Both the position numbers and the translations under genes were made by a program. 64,000 bases of DNA from the IMG/VR virus record IMGVR_UViG_3300025913_000018. One strand, given 5' to 3'. Positions 27,803 to 37,113 of this stretch are shown in pieces (the first letter of the stretch is position 1; the number at the start of each line of letters is the position of its first letter). Under the pieces are notes generated by a model. That model was given only the letters and a program-made list of their open reading frames with translations, searched no databases and had not been told where the DNA came from. This DNA is from a virus. Lineage: Duplodnaviria; Heunggongvirae; Uroviricota; Caudoviricetes.

Positions 27803-28068
27803 CGCTGGACGATCCCCTTCTCCTCGTCGGTCATCTCCCGAGGCGTGAAGGGAACGCTGGGGATGTCCGTAGCCACCCCGCACACGGGGCAGATGAAGGT
27901 GTTGTAGTATTCCGAAGATCCGTCGTGGCTGTGGTGGGCAGTCCGGAACACGTCCTTCTGCTCGACGAGGAGCAGAGAGCTGCACCCACCCCCACCGTTC
28001 CCGTCTCCGGTACAGGTGTGCTTCCTCGCCCAACCCTTCTGAGGGTTGCCTTTCACCAAAACTCTCAC
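27799..28068 (-). CDS. zinc-ribbon protein (GTG start)
   Basis: CTGDGNGGGGC...CPVCG; GTGA coupling. Confidence 0.4.
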   Translation of the reverse strand: MRVLVKGNPQKGWARKHTCTGDGNGGGGCSSLLLVEQKDVFRTAHHSHDGSSEYYNTFICPVCGVATDIPSVPFTPREMTDEEKGIVQR

Positions 28069-28445
28069 GGTGTCCTTTCCGGAGCCCCGCCAAGATCTTG
28101 GGGCGCCGACGGATCCGTTACGCCCGGTCTCTGAAGTCGCTCTGGGTGAGGATCCCGGTACCGCTCCCCGCCCGGCTTTCGAAGCCACTCGTCCACCTCG
28201 TGGTTGAGGATGCGCTTCAGAGAGTCGAGGACCGCGCGTTCTTCCGGCATGTAATCCGGGTAGAAACACTCTGTGGTTACGGGTCCGAGGCATCCCGTAT
28301 CTACGTCGGGCGCCCAGAAGGTGATCTTCACCTTGTATTCGCCTCGGCGCTGGTGATCGTTGAATGGGAAAAACTCATGGGGGTTGCGATCGATCTCGAT
28401 CTTCGCGTCCTGGATCCTGAACTTCCCCAGGGACCACTCGCTCAT
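28065..28445 (-). CDS. hypothetical protein
   Basis: 126 aa. Confidence 0.5.
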   Translation of the reverse strand: MSEWSLGKFRIQDAKIEIDRNPHEFFPFNDHQRRGEYKVKITFWAPDVDTGCLGPVTTECFYPDYMPEERAVLDSLKRILNHEVDEWLRKPGGERYRDPHPERLQRPGVTDPSAPQDLGGAPERTP

Positions 28446-28672
28446 CGCGCGTTCTTCTCTTCGGTGAGGAACTCCTCAATCGCCGGCTTCACCCAACAGC
28501 TACAGACGTCGTAGCTGTCCTCGTCGGTAAGCGAGGCGTAGCCTCCAGCCGCCGGGAAGTGAGAACCGTCGGAGGTAGTGTGGGCTTTCTTCGGGCCGTG
28601 AGGACATCCCAACTCGTGACGAATCAGGGAGCCTTGGAGGAGGGTACGAGCGGCCTTCGCTAGCGTTGACAT
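28442..28672 (-). CDS. small hypothetical protein
   Basis: 76 aa. Confidence 0.4.
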   Translation of the reverse strand: MSTLAKAARTLLQGSLIRHELGCPHGPKKAHTTSDGSHFPAAGGYASLTDEDSYDVCSCWVKPAIEEFLTEEKNAR

Positions 28673-28673
28673 C

Positions 28674-29044
28674 CTACTTCTTTCCGCACACGATACAGGT
28701 CCCGAAGCTGAAGTCGGAGACGCCCGTAGGGGTCTCGTCTCCCAGCTCCTTCCCGCACGAGTAGCACTTCTCAGGGTTCACCGGTGGGATCACGAGGCTG
28801 AGCCGAAGCTCAGAGATCTCTTTCTCAGTCGAGGCTCCGCGATCGAGGGCTTCGAGGAACTGGCGGATCCTCTCCCGATCTCTCTTCAACCGATCGACGA
28901 GAGTCGACACAATCGGATAGCTCCCCTCGTGAAGACGAGCGCGAGCTTCCTCTTCGGTCGAAGGGAAGAGCATCGCCATGAGGAGACTCTCCGAGAACCG
29001 AATCGGATCCGAGTCCAAGGCCGCTTTCTCGGAGCGCTTCATCG
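28674..29044 (-). CDS. hypothetical protein with C-terminal CYSCG...CIVCG zinc ribbon
   Basis: MKRSEKAALDSDPIRF... Confidence 0.45.
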
Positions 29045-29548
29045 TCGACTCTTCCTCGTCTCGGGGTCCCAGCGTCTCTCGTTTTCCGGGACCCATCGGT
29101 ACTTCGGGAAGAGGTCCACCGCGTTGTACCGCCCCTCTTCGAGACCGAGAAGTCCGTCAGAAGCGGAGACGGACTCCCCGTTCCTGAAGTGGAAGCGAAG
29201 CTCCAGCACCCCCAACATCCCGAGCGCGAGCCACATCAGGACGTCGTGTACGTCGCCCATCTCCAAGTCTGGGACCAACCTCTTCACCTCGGAGGCATAG
29301 AAGTGAGTCTCAGGGGCCAGCCCCTGATCGAACTTCGCTTCGAGGAGAGCGTTGTAGAGGCGCTCGTGCTTCGAGGCTTCGCCCCAAACCTCTCGAATGA
29401 ACTTCAAGGGAGGGCTCACCGGAGCCGGAGGCAGGGAAAGAGAGCGAGCTTCCGGAGAGCCAGAGTACCTCTCTTGAACGCAGTACCAACACGCACGAGT
29501 TCGTATGTGTAGGTGATTGTGTTTCTTGCAGAGTTTCCTACTGGCCAT
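29039..29548 (-). CDS. hypothetical protein
   Basis: MASRKLCKKHNHLHIRTRACWYCVQE... Confidence 0.45.
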   Translation of the reverse strand: MASRKLCKKHNHLHIRTRACWYCVQERYSGSPEARSLSLPPAPVSPPLKFIREVWGEASKHERLYNALLEAKFDQGLAPETHFYASEVKRLVPDLEMGDVHDVLMWLALGMLGVLELRFHFRNGESVSASDGLLGLEEGRYNAVDLFPKYRWVPENERRWDPETRKSRR

Positions 29549-30039
29549 CAGGGTACCTGATTTGACCTCTCGACGAGAATCTCTTCGCGGACCCTCATGA
29601 GAAGCTTTCCAAGATGGTTCTCTCCGATCCCTCCGGCGTTCTCGTCCACGCCCCAGAACCGATCTCCCCAAGTAGTTCCCTCGATCAACTCCGCGTCTCC
29701 CGTGGAGATGAGTAGGGCTCGAAGGGTCGGGTACTTGAACTTCTGGACGAGGAGGGCGTACATGACCTTCACTCGAATGTCGTCCCAGTCGTCGCGTCGC
29801 GGAACCCGGCGACCGGCCTTCTTCGACTCGGAAGCGGTCATGGTCTGGAACGACTCGGTGAGCTGAACGCGATTCGGGATCTTCGAGTCGATCTTTGCCG
29901 CTTGGAAGGCGTTCTCGACCGAGGGCATCTTGAAGGACATCTTCTCCCCGTCGTGGGTGAAGCTGAGTACGACGGGGATCTGATAGAAGTTCGACAGGAA
30001 GCGATAGCTCCCTGAGAAACGACGGATGACCTCAGCCAT
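29548..30039 (-). CDS. NADAR / YbiA-like (DUF1768) N-glycosidase-family protein
   Basis: Signature RFLSNFY...E..FQA.K...GTTWGDRFWG; 163 aa. Confidence 0.75.
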   Translation of the reverse strand: MAEVIRRFSGSYRFLSNFYQIPVVLSFTHDGEKMSFKMPSVENAFQAAKIDSKIPNRVQLTESFQTMTASESKKAGRRVPRRDDWDDIRVKVMYALLVQKFKYPTLRALLISTGDAELIEGTTWGDRFWGVDENAGGIGENHLGKLLMRVREEILVERSNQVP

Positions 30040-30054
30040 CCCCTCGTTACTCCC

Positions 30055-30540
30055 TCAGTGATTCGAAGTGAGCCAGATCTGGTCGGTCGGCTTCAGCTCG
30101 TAGGAACTCGACACGAGCGGGACGGAGGGGTCGACGTTGAACGAAGAGGTCGACGCGAGATCAGACGTCACGAGCGTCGTTCCAGGGAACGAATCGCCGA
30201 CGTGGATGCCGGCCGATCCGTACTGAGGAGCGGAGTACCAGAACGGCTGAGTCCACGGCTCCACGACCGGGAAGGCAGGCTGGTACGGAACCGTGTAGGG
30301 AACGTACGGGACCGCGTAGGGGATGAAGATGGGGGTGTTGTACCAGAACGTCGTCTGAGGGAGTCCGCGGAAGACTTCCTCGACCGCCTTCTGGAAGGCC
30401 TCTCGAAGGGCCCTACGGCTCTCCTCGGAGACCTCGACGGGCTTCGACGGGGAAAGGGCCAGGGCGAACGCCGAGCACTCCTCGGGGGTTCCCTCGACCT
30501 CGGCGATCGAACCGTCCGGACGCGTGAACTTCATCTTCAT
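30055..30540 (-). CDS. hypothetical protein (Pro/Tyr-rich)
   Basis: 161 aa. Confidence 0.5.
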   Translation of the reverse strand: MKMKFTRPDGSIAEVEGTPEECSAFALALSPSKPVEVSEESRRALREAFQKAVEEVFRGLPQTTFWYNTPIFIPYAVPYVPYTVPYQPAFPVVEPWTQPFWYSAPQYGSAGIHVGDSFPGTTLVTSDLASTSSFNVDPSVPLVSSSYELKPTDQIWLTSNH

Positions 30541-30584
30541 GGGTAGGGCTCCTCCCTGAGGGACCGTACCCGAAGATCACCGGC

Positions 30585-30789
30585 TCACTCGTCCTTCAGG
30601 TCTTCGATCTCCCCGAGCGGACGACCGAACATGCTCTTCTCCAGGTCGTGTAGCGCCAGGGCCGCCTCCGAGGCGCGACGTTCCCCACGCCGATAGCCGC
30701 GCCGGTATCCGGCCATGTAGCCCACCCCGGCCCCCGAGAGCATCATCACCCAGACGAAAATGTAGTACCCGATGGTCATTCTTCGGACT
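30585..30789 (-). CDS. small membrane protein
   Basis: MTIGYYIFVWVMMLSGAGVGYMAGY TM helix. Confidence 0.4.
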
Positions 30790-31279
30790 TGATGTTGTAG
30801 AGGCGAAGTAGGGTGGAGGCGGTTCGACGAAGGAGGTACCGCCGAACGGGCTGCCTCATCGCTGGGTGAGGGGCTGCGGCTCCCGAAGCCCACCTCTTCA
30901 CGGTCGGACTACTTACCGAGAGGGCGTTCCCCAACTCTCCCGGCACCATGTCCATGACTTCGAGCGCGCATCGAACAACCCCCGAGAACTGAGCGTCGTC
31001 GGAGAGATCGGACTTCATCACTAGGTCTCGAAGATCCATGAGCCTCTGAGCCTTCGGTTCCGCCTTCAACCAAGCGGTCTTCTGAGGTTCGAGAGCCGCT
31101 TCGATCTCCTCGACCTTTGCCCGATCCATCGCGTGGTTGTCACACTCCAGGTTCGAGCAGCGAAGGACTTCGATGGTCTCGGGAACCGTCGTCGGAACCC
31201 CGGGAATCGCCTCCCATGGGATCCCCTTCGCGCTTCTCATCGAAAACTCGGAACCGCACACGCTACATCGAAGGGTCAT
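30776..31279 (-). CDS. zinc-ribbon + XRE-like HTH protein
   Basis: N-terminal CSVCG...C; C-terminal LSVSSPTVKRWASGAAAPHP HTH, paralogous to the next gene. Confidence 0.5.
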   Translation of the reverse strand: MTLRCSVCGSEFSMRSAKGIPWEAIPGVPTTVPETIEVLRCSNLECDNHAMDRAKVEEIEAALEPQKTAWLKAEPKAQRLMDLRDLVMKSDLSDDAQFSGVVRCALEVMDMVPGELGNALSVSSPTVKRWASGAAAPHPAMRQPVRRYLLRRTASTLLRLYNIKSEE

Positions 31280-31533
31280 AGAACGACCTCGATCTTCTTC
31301 AGGAGGAACCTTCGGAGCCCCTCTCTCATCCCAGGGGCAGGAGAGGTTACCCCGTTCTTCCACCGAGCTGCGGTGGGTCGACTGATCCTCATCCCTGAGG
31401 CGAAGTCCCCCTCCGACATCCCCAGAACGTCGCAAGCTCGTCGGATGGTTTCCGCGAACGAGGCGTCGTTTTGGAGGTCAACGTTCCGGACGTAGGAGCG
31501 AAACGTCTCCAGATCGGAAGGGGACGAGACCAC
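31276..31533 (-). CDS. small XRE-like HTH protein
   Basis: MRISRPTAARWKNGVTSPAPGMREGLRRFLL. Confidence 0.5.
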   Translation of the reverse strand: MVSSPSDLETFRSYVRNVDLQNDASFAETIRRACDVLGMSEGDFASGMRISRPTAARWKNGVTSPAPGMREGLRRFLLKKIEVVL

Positions 31534-31534
31534 G

Positions 31535-32461
31535 TCAGTGATCGCTCATCATGACGCCGAACCCGCTGTTCGGCACGAACATCGTCCGAGTCCCGGTGCT
31601 CTGGAGGACCGAGCTGAGCGCTTCGATCCGACGATACTCCAAGACCGACGGGGTCATCGAGGCGGAGATCGTCTGGTTCGCGTAAGCGGTCGCGTCCGCT
31701 TCGGCACGTGTCGTGTAGGCGGCCGTGTCCGCGACGATTCTCTGGGCCGTGGCGTGACCGTTCGCCTCGGTCTGAACTCGGTTCGCTTCAGCCTGAGCCG
31801 TGAGAAGAGCCTGCTGAGCGCGAACGGTCTCCTGACGTTGGTTCTGGACGGCTGCGATCGCGGCGTCGAGAGAGTCCGGAAGATCCGTCCCCTGTAGGAG
31901 GATGTTCTCCACGACGACCGCATTCGTCGGAACGTTTCGACTCGACAGAGCCTCTTCGAGACGAGAGTGGACGAGGTTCTCCATCATCGTCTGGAGCCGT
32001 GGGCGCTCGTCCACCAGCTCGATCGCTGTGAAGGTCGAGGCGGCGTCTCGGATCGCAGTGCGGACGATCGGATGTACGATCGTGTCCGCGTACGACTCTC
32101 CGTAGTACCGGTAGATCTGAGGCGCCGTCGTCGCGTTGAGATGGAACTGGACCGTCGCGCTGAGGATCACTTCCAGCTGGTCGTGGGAGAGGACGTGGAT
32201 CGCGTCTCCGCGGGCGATCGTGCTCTCCGGGGCTCCATCCTGAGAAGTGGTCGTTCCGCTCGTCCCCATCTCGTAGGCCTGGGTCCGAGTCGACATGTGG
32301 ATGACGTTCATCCACATGCTCGTGAAGTGGTAGCCCTCGGGATAGATCCACGGCTGGGTCTCGCCCCAATCGACCCCGACCCCGACCTCGCCGGGATTGA
32401 TAGTCTCGGAACACCCGATCGAGAACGCCGACGCCAACAGGAACATCAGAACACGAGTCAT
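31535..32461 (-). CDS. SPFH/band-7 (prohibitin/HflKC-like) lipoprotein
   Basis: Lipobox MTRVLMFLLASAFSIGC; SPFH-like core and Ala/Gln-rich coiled-coil tail. Confidence 0.65.
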   Translation of the reverse strand: MTRVLMFLLASAFSIGCSETINPGEVGVGVDWGETQPWIYPEGYHFTSMWMNVIHMSTRTQAYEMGTSGTTTSQDGAPESTIARGDAIHVLSHDQLEVILSATVQFHLNATTAPQIYRYYGESYADTIVHPIVRTAIRDAASTFTAIELVDERPRLQTMMENLVHSRLEEALSSRNVPTNAVVVENILLQGTDLPDSLDAAIAAVQNQRQETVRAQQALLTAQAEANRVQTEANGHATAQRIVADTAAYTTRAEADATAYANQTISASMTPSVLEYRRIEALSSVLQSTGTRTMFVPNSGFGVMMSDH

Positions 32462-32658
32462 CGCTCACCCTCCTAGATACAGAAACTACTCTTCTCGCTC
32501 TTCCAATTCGTGACGGCCGTCTTTCGACGTCGGCCACGCACCGCACAATAGGCACTGTCCAGTCTCCTCAGAGACCTTCCCTCGACAGGCCAGTATCACC
32601 ATCACGAGCCGGTCTCGGGAGATGATCTTCACCTCCTCGACGGTCTCGTCTTTCGGAA

Positions 32659-32844
32659 TCACTTCTTCCGGTCAGGGACGCCGAAGCCGTTGTCGTCCAC
32701 ATGCTGATCGGCGTGAGGCGCTCGTCCCGGAACCGGAGGTCCCCACGGGGATCGTCGATCGATGAAGGGGATGTAATCTCCCTCCGAGGTGTAGTTGCTG
32801 CGTTCGTGGTGAGGAATCGTAGCCGGGTCTCGCTTCTCAGTCAT
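32659..32844 (-). CDS. small hypothetical protein
   Basis: 61 aa. Confidence 0.3.
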   Translation of the reverse strand: MTEKRDPATIPHHERSNYTSEGDYIPFIDRRSPWGPPVPGRAPHADQHVDDNGFGVPDRKK

Positions 32845-33065
32845 CGCCCCTCGTTTCGAAGATCACGCTTCGACAGTTCGACCAACAACTCATCCGTCCC
32901 CGCCGACTTCAAACCCTCGACGGTCCGAAGCTCTTCCTCAACCCGAACCTTCACGATCCGCTCGTCCCTCCACGCGAGGTACCGACGAGTGAGGTAGGAC
33001 AGGAACACCCCGCTCGGGACGCCGAGAAGGAATCCGAAGAGGATGAAGATTTCAAGGCGAACCAT
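32841..33065 (-). CDS. small membrane protein
   Basis: N-terminal TM MVRLEIFILFGFLLGVPSGVFL; GGCGTAAGG SD. Confidence 0.5.
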   Translation of the reverse strand: MVRLEIFILFGFLLGVPSGVFLSYLTRRYLAWRDERIVKVRVEEELRTVEGLKSAGTDELLVELSKRDLRNEGR

Positions 33066-33074
33066 TTCTTGACC

Positions 33075-33572
33075 TTACGCCCGGTTCTTCGTCAAGAGCA
33101 ACGCGCGCTCAGTTCCGACGCGCGTCCCCAGGAGGATGATGGCCTTCTCGACGAAGGCGCCTCGGAATCGGAGACGCCATCGAAGGGGCCACGTCTCGCT
33201 CAGGATGTCGAGTAGGACAGGCGTAGGGAGACGGCTGGCGTCGATCTGGAGAAGCATCCCGTCGATCACCTGGACTTCGTCCGGAGAATGATCGTCGATC
33301 CAACAGATAGCAGAGATCCCCGCTTCCTCGGCGGCGTCGCCTTCCTTGTCGTACCAGGCCGCCCAGGTGGCCTGACGGTACGGGTCGGCCCGCCCTTCGT
33401 TCGGATACGCGCAAGGCGTCCTAGGGGCGATACAGGGCTTCGTAACACCATCCTCGGGCGGGCCCTCAGCGCATACGCACGCGGGGTTCGAGGCCATGCA
33501 GGCTTCGCCCGGATCTTCGATCCCGCAGTCGAGGCACCAGGCCCCCGGCCACCCACTCCACCGATGGGTCAT
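33075..33572 (-). CDS. Cys-rich hypothetical protein
   Basis: 165 aa. Confidence 0.5.
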   Translation of the reverse strand: MTHRWSGWPGAWCLDCGIEDPGEACMASNPACVCAEGPPEDGVTKPCIAPRTPCAYPNEGRADPYRQATWAAWYDKEGDAAEEAGISAICWIDDHSPDEVQVIDGMLLQIDASRLPTPVLLDILSETWPLRWRLRFRGAFVEKAIILLGTRVGTERALLLTKNRA

Positions 33573-33850
33573 TCTCCCCGGTAGCCCGCGTAGTGACCCG
33601 AGGGCGCCCAGAAGTTCCGACCGAGAACCGGAAGGCGAATCACCCTCCCGCCGAGCAGAGGCTGGAACCGACCCGCCTCCTCTTCCCCGATCGCCTGGGT
33701 GAGGCGGTCCATGTCGATCGAGTAGAGTTCGGGCAGGTCCGTACCCCGAACGTGTTCGAGAGGACCGATCGCCCCGTCCCAGATGAAGACGGCGTTGTGT
33801 TCCCTCGCGAGAGCGAAGAGGGCGCGGAGATCGGGGTCGACGTAGGTCAT
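33569..33850 (-). CDS. hypothetical protein
   Basis: 93 aa with GGGCGTAAGG SD. Confidence 0.5.
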   Translation of the reverse strand: MTYVDPDLRALFALAREHNAVFIWDGAIGPLEHVRGTDLPELYSIDMDRLTQAIGEEEAGRFQPLLGGRVIRLPVLGRNFWAPSGHYAGYRGE

Positions 33851-33869
33851 AGGACCCTTACGCCCAAGT

Positions 33870-34763
33870 TCACGGAAACTTTCTCGTCGGGGCTCTCGAT
33901 AGGCCCGGCGGACGGATCAACTCGTCCGTGAGCTTCGAGGGGAGATCGTTCGTCTTCCCGAGGAGCGACCCGAGCCCCAAACAGAGCGCCGCGAGGGTGT
34001 CTACGTCGCCTCCGAGGGCGACCGCCTGTACGAGAAGCTCGTGGAGGGTCTCGTGCCGTAGGAGGAGCCCGAAGGCGGCCTCAACGATCATCCTCCCGCT
34101 CGTAGAACCGACCCTCCATTGGACCGGATCCCAGAACCGAGGGTCGGCCCATCCGAGGTGGGACATTGTGGTCGTGAGACCGGTACGAGTCCCGTTGTAG
34201 GCCGCCAGCGCCACGGCCACCGCCGCGTCGATCGAGTCCGGATGGTGGTGGGTAGCGCGAGCCTGAGCTATCGCCGCCGTCATGACGTGATACCCGGCGA
34301 ACTTCTTCTCACCGGTGAATGGGCTGATCAAGCCGACCGGAATCGCTCGCATCGCCGCCCCGCACGTGTCCTTCAGGTTCGTCTCGATTCCTTCGCGGCA
34401 TCTCGCCATGAGGTCGAGGCCTGGTGTCACGCTTCGAGCGGCCTCGGGGAGAACGGCTCTCATCCGGCCGCCATAGCCGGGGGCGGGGTCGAACTTGTAC
34501 TCGGCGACGAACTCGTCCGCGAAGTCCACCGACCTCCACCAGAACTCCGTCTTCATGACCGCGAGCGTCATCTGGGTGTCGTCGGTCGTTCCTCCCGGTC
34601 GATGGTTCCGATCGAGCCCGTGGACTCGGTAGGTGAGCCCGTCGTTGTTCTCCTTCACGAAGGAGAGAGGACGCATCTCGAACCCGGCCCCGTAAGCGTC
34701 GCCCACCATGAAGGCGAGAAGCCACTCGGAAACGGTCTCGACCTCGGGATAGTGCTCAGACAT
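33870..34763 (-). CDS. ADP-ribosylglycohydrolase (ARH/DraG family)
   Basis: N-terminal GDAYGAGFE, GGTTDDTQMTLAV, C-terminal GGDVDTLAALCLGLGSLLG; 297 aa. Confidence 0.8.
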   Translation of the reverse strand: MSEHYPEVETVSEWLLAFMVGDAYGAGFEMRPLSFVKENNDGLTYRVHGLDRNHRPGGTTDDTQMTLAVMKTEFWWRSVDFADEFVAEYKFDPAPGYGGRMRAVLPEAARSVTPGLDLMARCREGIETNLKDTCGAAMRAIPVGLISPFTGEKKFAGYHVMTAAIAQARATHHHPDSIDAAVAVALAAYNGTRTGLTTTMSHLGWADPRFWDPVQWRVGSTSGRMIVEAAFGLLLRHETLHELLVQAVALGGDVDTLAALCLGLGSLLGKTNDLPSKLTDELIRPPGLSRAPTRKFP

Positions 34764-34766
34764 CGT

Positions 34767-35117
34767 CTACTCCTGGCGCGGATCGGTACCGAAGATCTGA
34801 GGGTCGAAAGGAAAGACCTTCTTGAAGTCGGGCTTGTTCACGACCCCCCAGAGAATCGTCTCGTCCTTCGAGAGCCACGAAAGCCCGCTGGGCTCTTCGT
34901 TCCCCGAGTACCAGACGAGGAGGTCCTGGTCCAGGTACACCACCGTCGGTTCGCGGTCCCCGAGCTTCATCCAGTAGTATCCGGGCTGGGTGGGGACGAA
35001 ACGAACCTTCAGCGCCTCGCACCTCGGGCACTCGCTTTCCAGAAAGCGGTTCTCTGAAAGCGGAAGACCCCTCGCCATACAGAGAAAGCAAACCTTCGGG
35101 TCGGCCGTGAACTCCAT
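34767..35117 (-). CDS. hypothetical protein
   Basis: 116 aa. Confidence 0.5.
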   Translation of the reverse strand: MEFTADPKVCFLCMARGLPLSENRFLESECPRCEALKVRFVPTQPGYYWMKLGDREPTVVYLDQDLLVWYSGNEEPSGLSWLSKDETILWGVVNKPDFKKVFPFDPQIFGTDPRQE

Positions 35118-35118
35118 C

Positions 35119-35322
35119 TCAAGCGCCGAGCTTCGCGATCGCCCGCTTCAGCTCCGTCTGGTAGCTTGACAGAATCGCGCCCGCGACCATCGGGTTGTGA
35201 TGACGTGTCGACTCTCGCTTGAAGGTCTCTCCGTTCGGGAGCTTCACGACGAGGCGCGCTCTCCAACCTTCCTGATCGTTGAGGTACTTGATGGAGCCCT
35301 TCGAGCCACGGAGCTTGTTCAT
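35119..35322 (-). CDS. small hypothetical protein
   Basis: 67 aa. Confidence 0.4.
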   Translation of the reverse strand: MNKLRGSKGSIKYLNDQEGWRARLVVKLPNGETFKRESTRHHNPMVAGAILSSYQTELKRAIAKLGA

Positions 35323-35969
35323 TTTTTCTTGAACCCCAGGGTGTAGTCGTCGGCGTAGAGGAGGTCGAGGATCGCGATCTGGTTTTCCGGATCGTACGAA
35401 GCCTGGATAGTCGGAGGGAGGTCCGGGATCGTACCGTCGAACGGCTGAGGGGGCTCCGGAGCCTTCGGCCCTAGCCGAAGCAGGAGCATCTCCCGAAGGC
35501 GATGGGATTCGACGACGATCCGATCGGGGGAGATCCGAATCGAGACATAGGCGTAGTCTCGGTCCCCCTCCATGAGATGGGTCTTCCCGTCCCCCGAATC
35601 GCAGGTGTTGAACCCGAGAGATCGAAGCCAGTAGACGGTCTCGACGATTCCGGGGTTGAGGTCGGGGATCTCTCGAACCTCATCCGCAATCTTCATCTCT
35701 CTCTTCAAGACGTACGTCTTCCCGTACTCGTTCTGGAAAGCGATCAGAGACCCCTCAGAGGAGTACGCGGGGATTCGAAGTTCGTCGACTCTCTCCTTGA
35801 GGACGTCCGCGAAGACGATGCGGTCTCGATCAGAATCGTCCCGCTTATCGATGTGGAGCTTCTGGCGAAATCGTTCGAGCTGTTCGCGTTCGGTCGCGCA
35901 GGAGTAGATTATCCCCTCGTGGAGGTACCACCAGAACTGGAGTCGAAACGCGACGTTCACCTCACTCAT
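35319..35969 (-). CDS. hypothetical protein
   Basis: Trimmed to MSEVNVAFRLQFWW... Confidence 0.5.
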   Translation of the reverse strand: MSEVNVAFRLQFWWYLHEGIIYSCATEREQLERFRQKLHIDKRDDSDRDRIVFADVLKERVDELRIPAYSSEGSLIAFQNEYGKTYVLKREMKIADEVREIPDLNPGIVETVYWLRSLGFNTCDSGDGKTHLMEGDRDYAYVSIRISPDRIVVESHRLREMLLLRLGPKAPEPPQPFDGTIPDLPPTIQASYDPENQIAILDLLYADDYTLGFKKK

Positions 35970-35977
35970 GGGATACC

Positions 35978-36175
35978 TCAGAGAGACCGACTGATACGGT
36001 CCAGATCGAAGGGAGCCGCGCACTCCTTACAGAGGAACCGCGGAAGACGAACGCGAACGCCCCCTACACGGAGCGCCTGGCCTCGAAGAGAAGCGGGGAT
36101 CTGGCCCTCGAAGATCGCGACGTCCACCGCATCGCGAATGTAATGCTCAAACTGGAAGTGAGTGAGGAGCATCGG
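35978..36175 (-). CDS. small hypothetical protein
   Basis: MLLTHFQFEHYIRD...CKEC. Confidence 0.35.
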   Translation of the reverse strand, partial: PMLLTHFQFEHYIRDAVDVAIFEGQIPASLRGQALRVGGVRVRLPRFLCKECAAPFDLDRISRSL

Positions 36176-36209
36176 CACGTCCCATCGTCGAAGGACGCGC
36201 TCGAACACT

Positions 36210-36548
36210 TCAGCGTCGGTCACTGAGGTCCCTTCGTTCCGGGATCCACCCGCAGTGATCGAGTTCGTCCGGGGACCAGTTCTCTCCGTCCGACATGAGC
36301 AGAAGTACCTCCCCCGGAGGTACATGGAGAGAGTCCTCGAAGACCTTCACCACCTTCATCGGTCCGAAGAGCTTCGGCTCCGTGACCCCCTTCGGATGCG
36401 TCCACTCGGCCCCCACGTACTCCCCAGCCCTCTCGTCGGAGGCGGGGTGGGTGTCGCAAAGGACACGGATCGCCTCGGTCGTCTCCGCAGAGAACTCGTT
36501 CCCCAGGAATCGACTCCGGAGGTACTTGAGAGCCTCGCGCGGGGTCAT
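36210..36548 (-). CDS. hypothetical protein
   Basis: MTPREALKYLRSRF...; GGCGTAAGG SD. Confidence 0.5.
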   Translation of the reverse strand: MTPREALKYLRSRFLGNEFSAETTEAIRVLCDTHPASDERAGEYVGAEWTHPKGVTEPKLFGPMKVVKVFEDSLHVPPGEVLLLMSDGENWSPDELDHCGWIPERRDLSDRR

Positions 36549-36753
36549 GGAAACCTTACGCCTTCGAAGGCCTAGTGCCAGCCCTTTTCGATCTCGACGT
36601 CGTGGAGGGCGAGGGCGATGTCGGCGCGCGGATACGAGCGATCCAGGAGGTAGATCATCATGTGAACCTCCAAGTTCTCTTTCGTCGCGCACCGACGAAA
36701 GTCCCTCACCATCTCGTCGTACTTGGCCTGATCCTGAGGTTGTTGAGCCACTT

Positions 36754-37113
36754 CTACCTCAGACCGAGAAGGAATGACGCGAAGCGAGGATGGGCGAGGG
36801 CGTTGGAGACGTTGCGGTTGAGCGACACGAGGTCGTCGCAATCGATCGTCACCGAGAGGTGGGGGATCGCCAGGGTCATCGGCCACCCGGTTCGAAGAGG
36901 CCAGACCTGGAACATCTGAGCCGACCCTTTCGAACCGGAGGCATGAAAGAGGAAGCGATTGTCCACGTACTCGACGGTGACCCTCAGAGAACCGTCGCCG
37001 AAATGAACCTTGAACGCGTGGTTCAGCTTTCGAGCGAGTTCGCTCATGTCGTGAGAGCAAGCGTCGGAGGTCGCCCCCTTCAACCCCACTTTCAGAGCCG
37101 TCGCGAAGTCCAT
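36754..37113 (-). CDS. hypothetical protein
   Basis: MDFATALKVGLKG...; coupled to the upstream micro-ORF via TAATG. Confidence 0.45.
   Translation of the reverse strand: MDFATALKVGLKGATSDACSHDMSELARKLNHAFKVHFGDGSLRVTVEYVDNRFLFHASGSKGSAQMFQVWPLRTGWPMTLAIPHLSVTIDCDDLVSLNRNVSNALAHPRFASFLLGLR

Noticed and set aside
31788-32555. 255-aa Arg-rich minus-strand ORF overlapping the SPFH gene.
   Set aside because: It is an alternative frame inside a gene with clear SPFH and lipobox features, and its composition is low-complexity.
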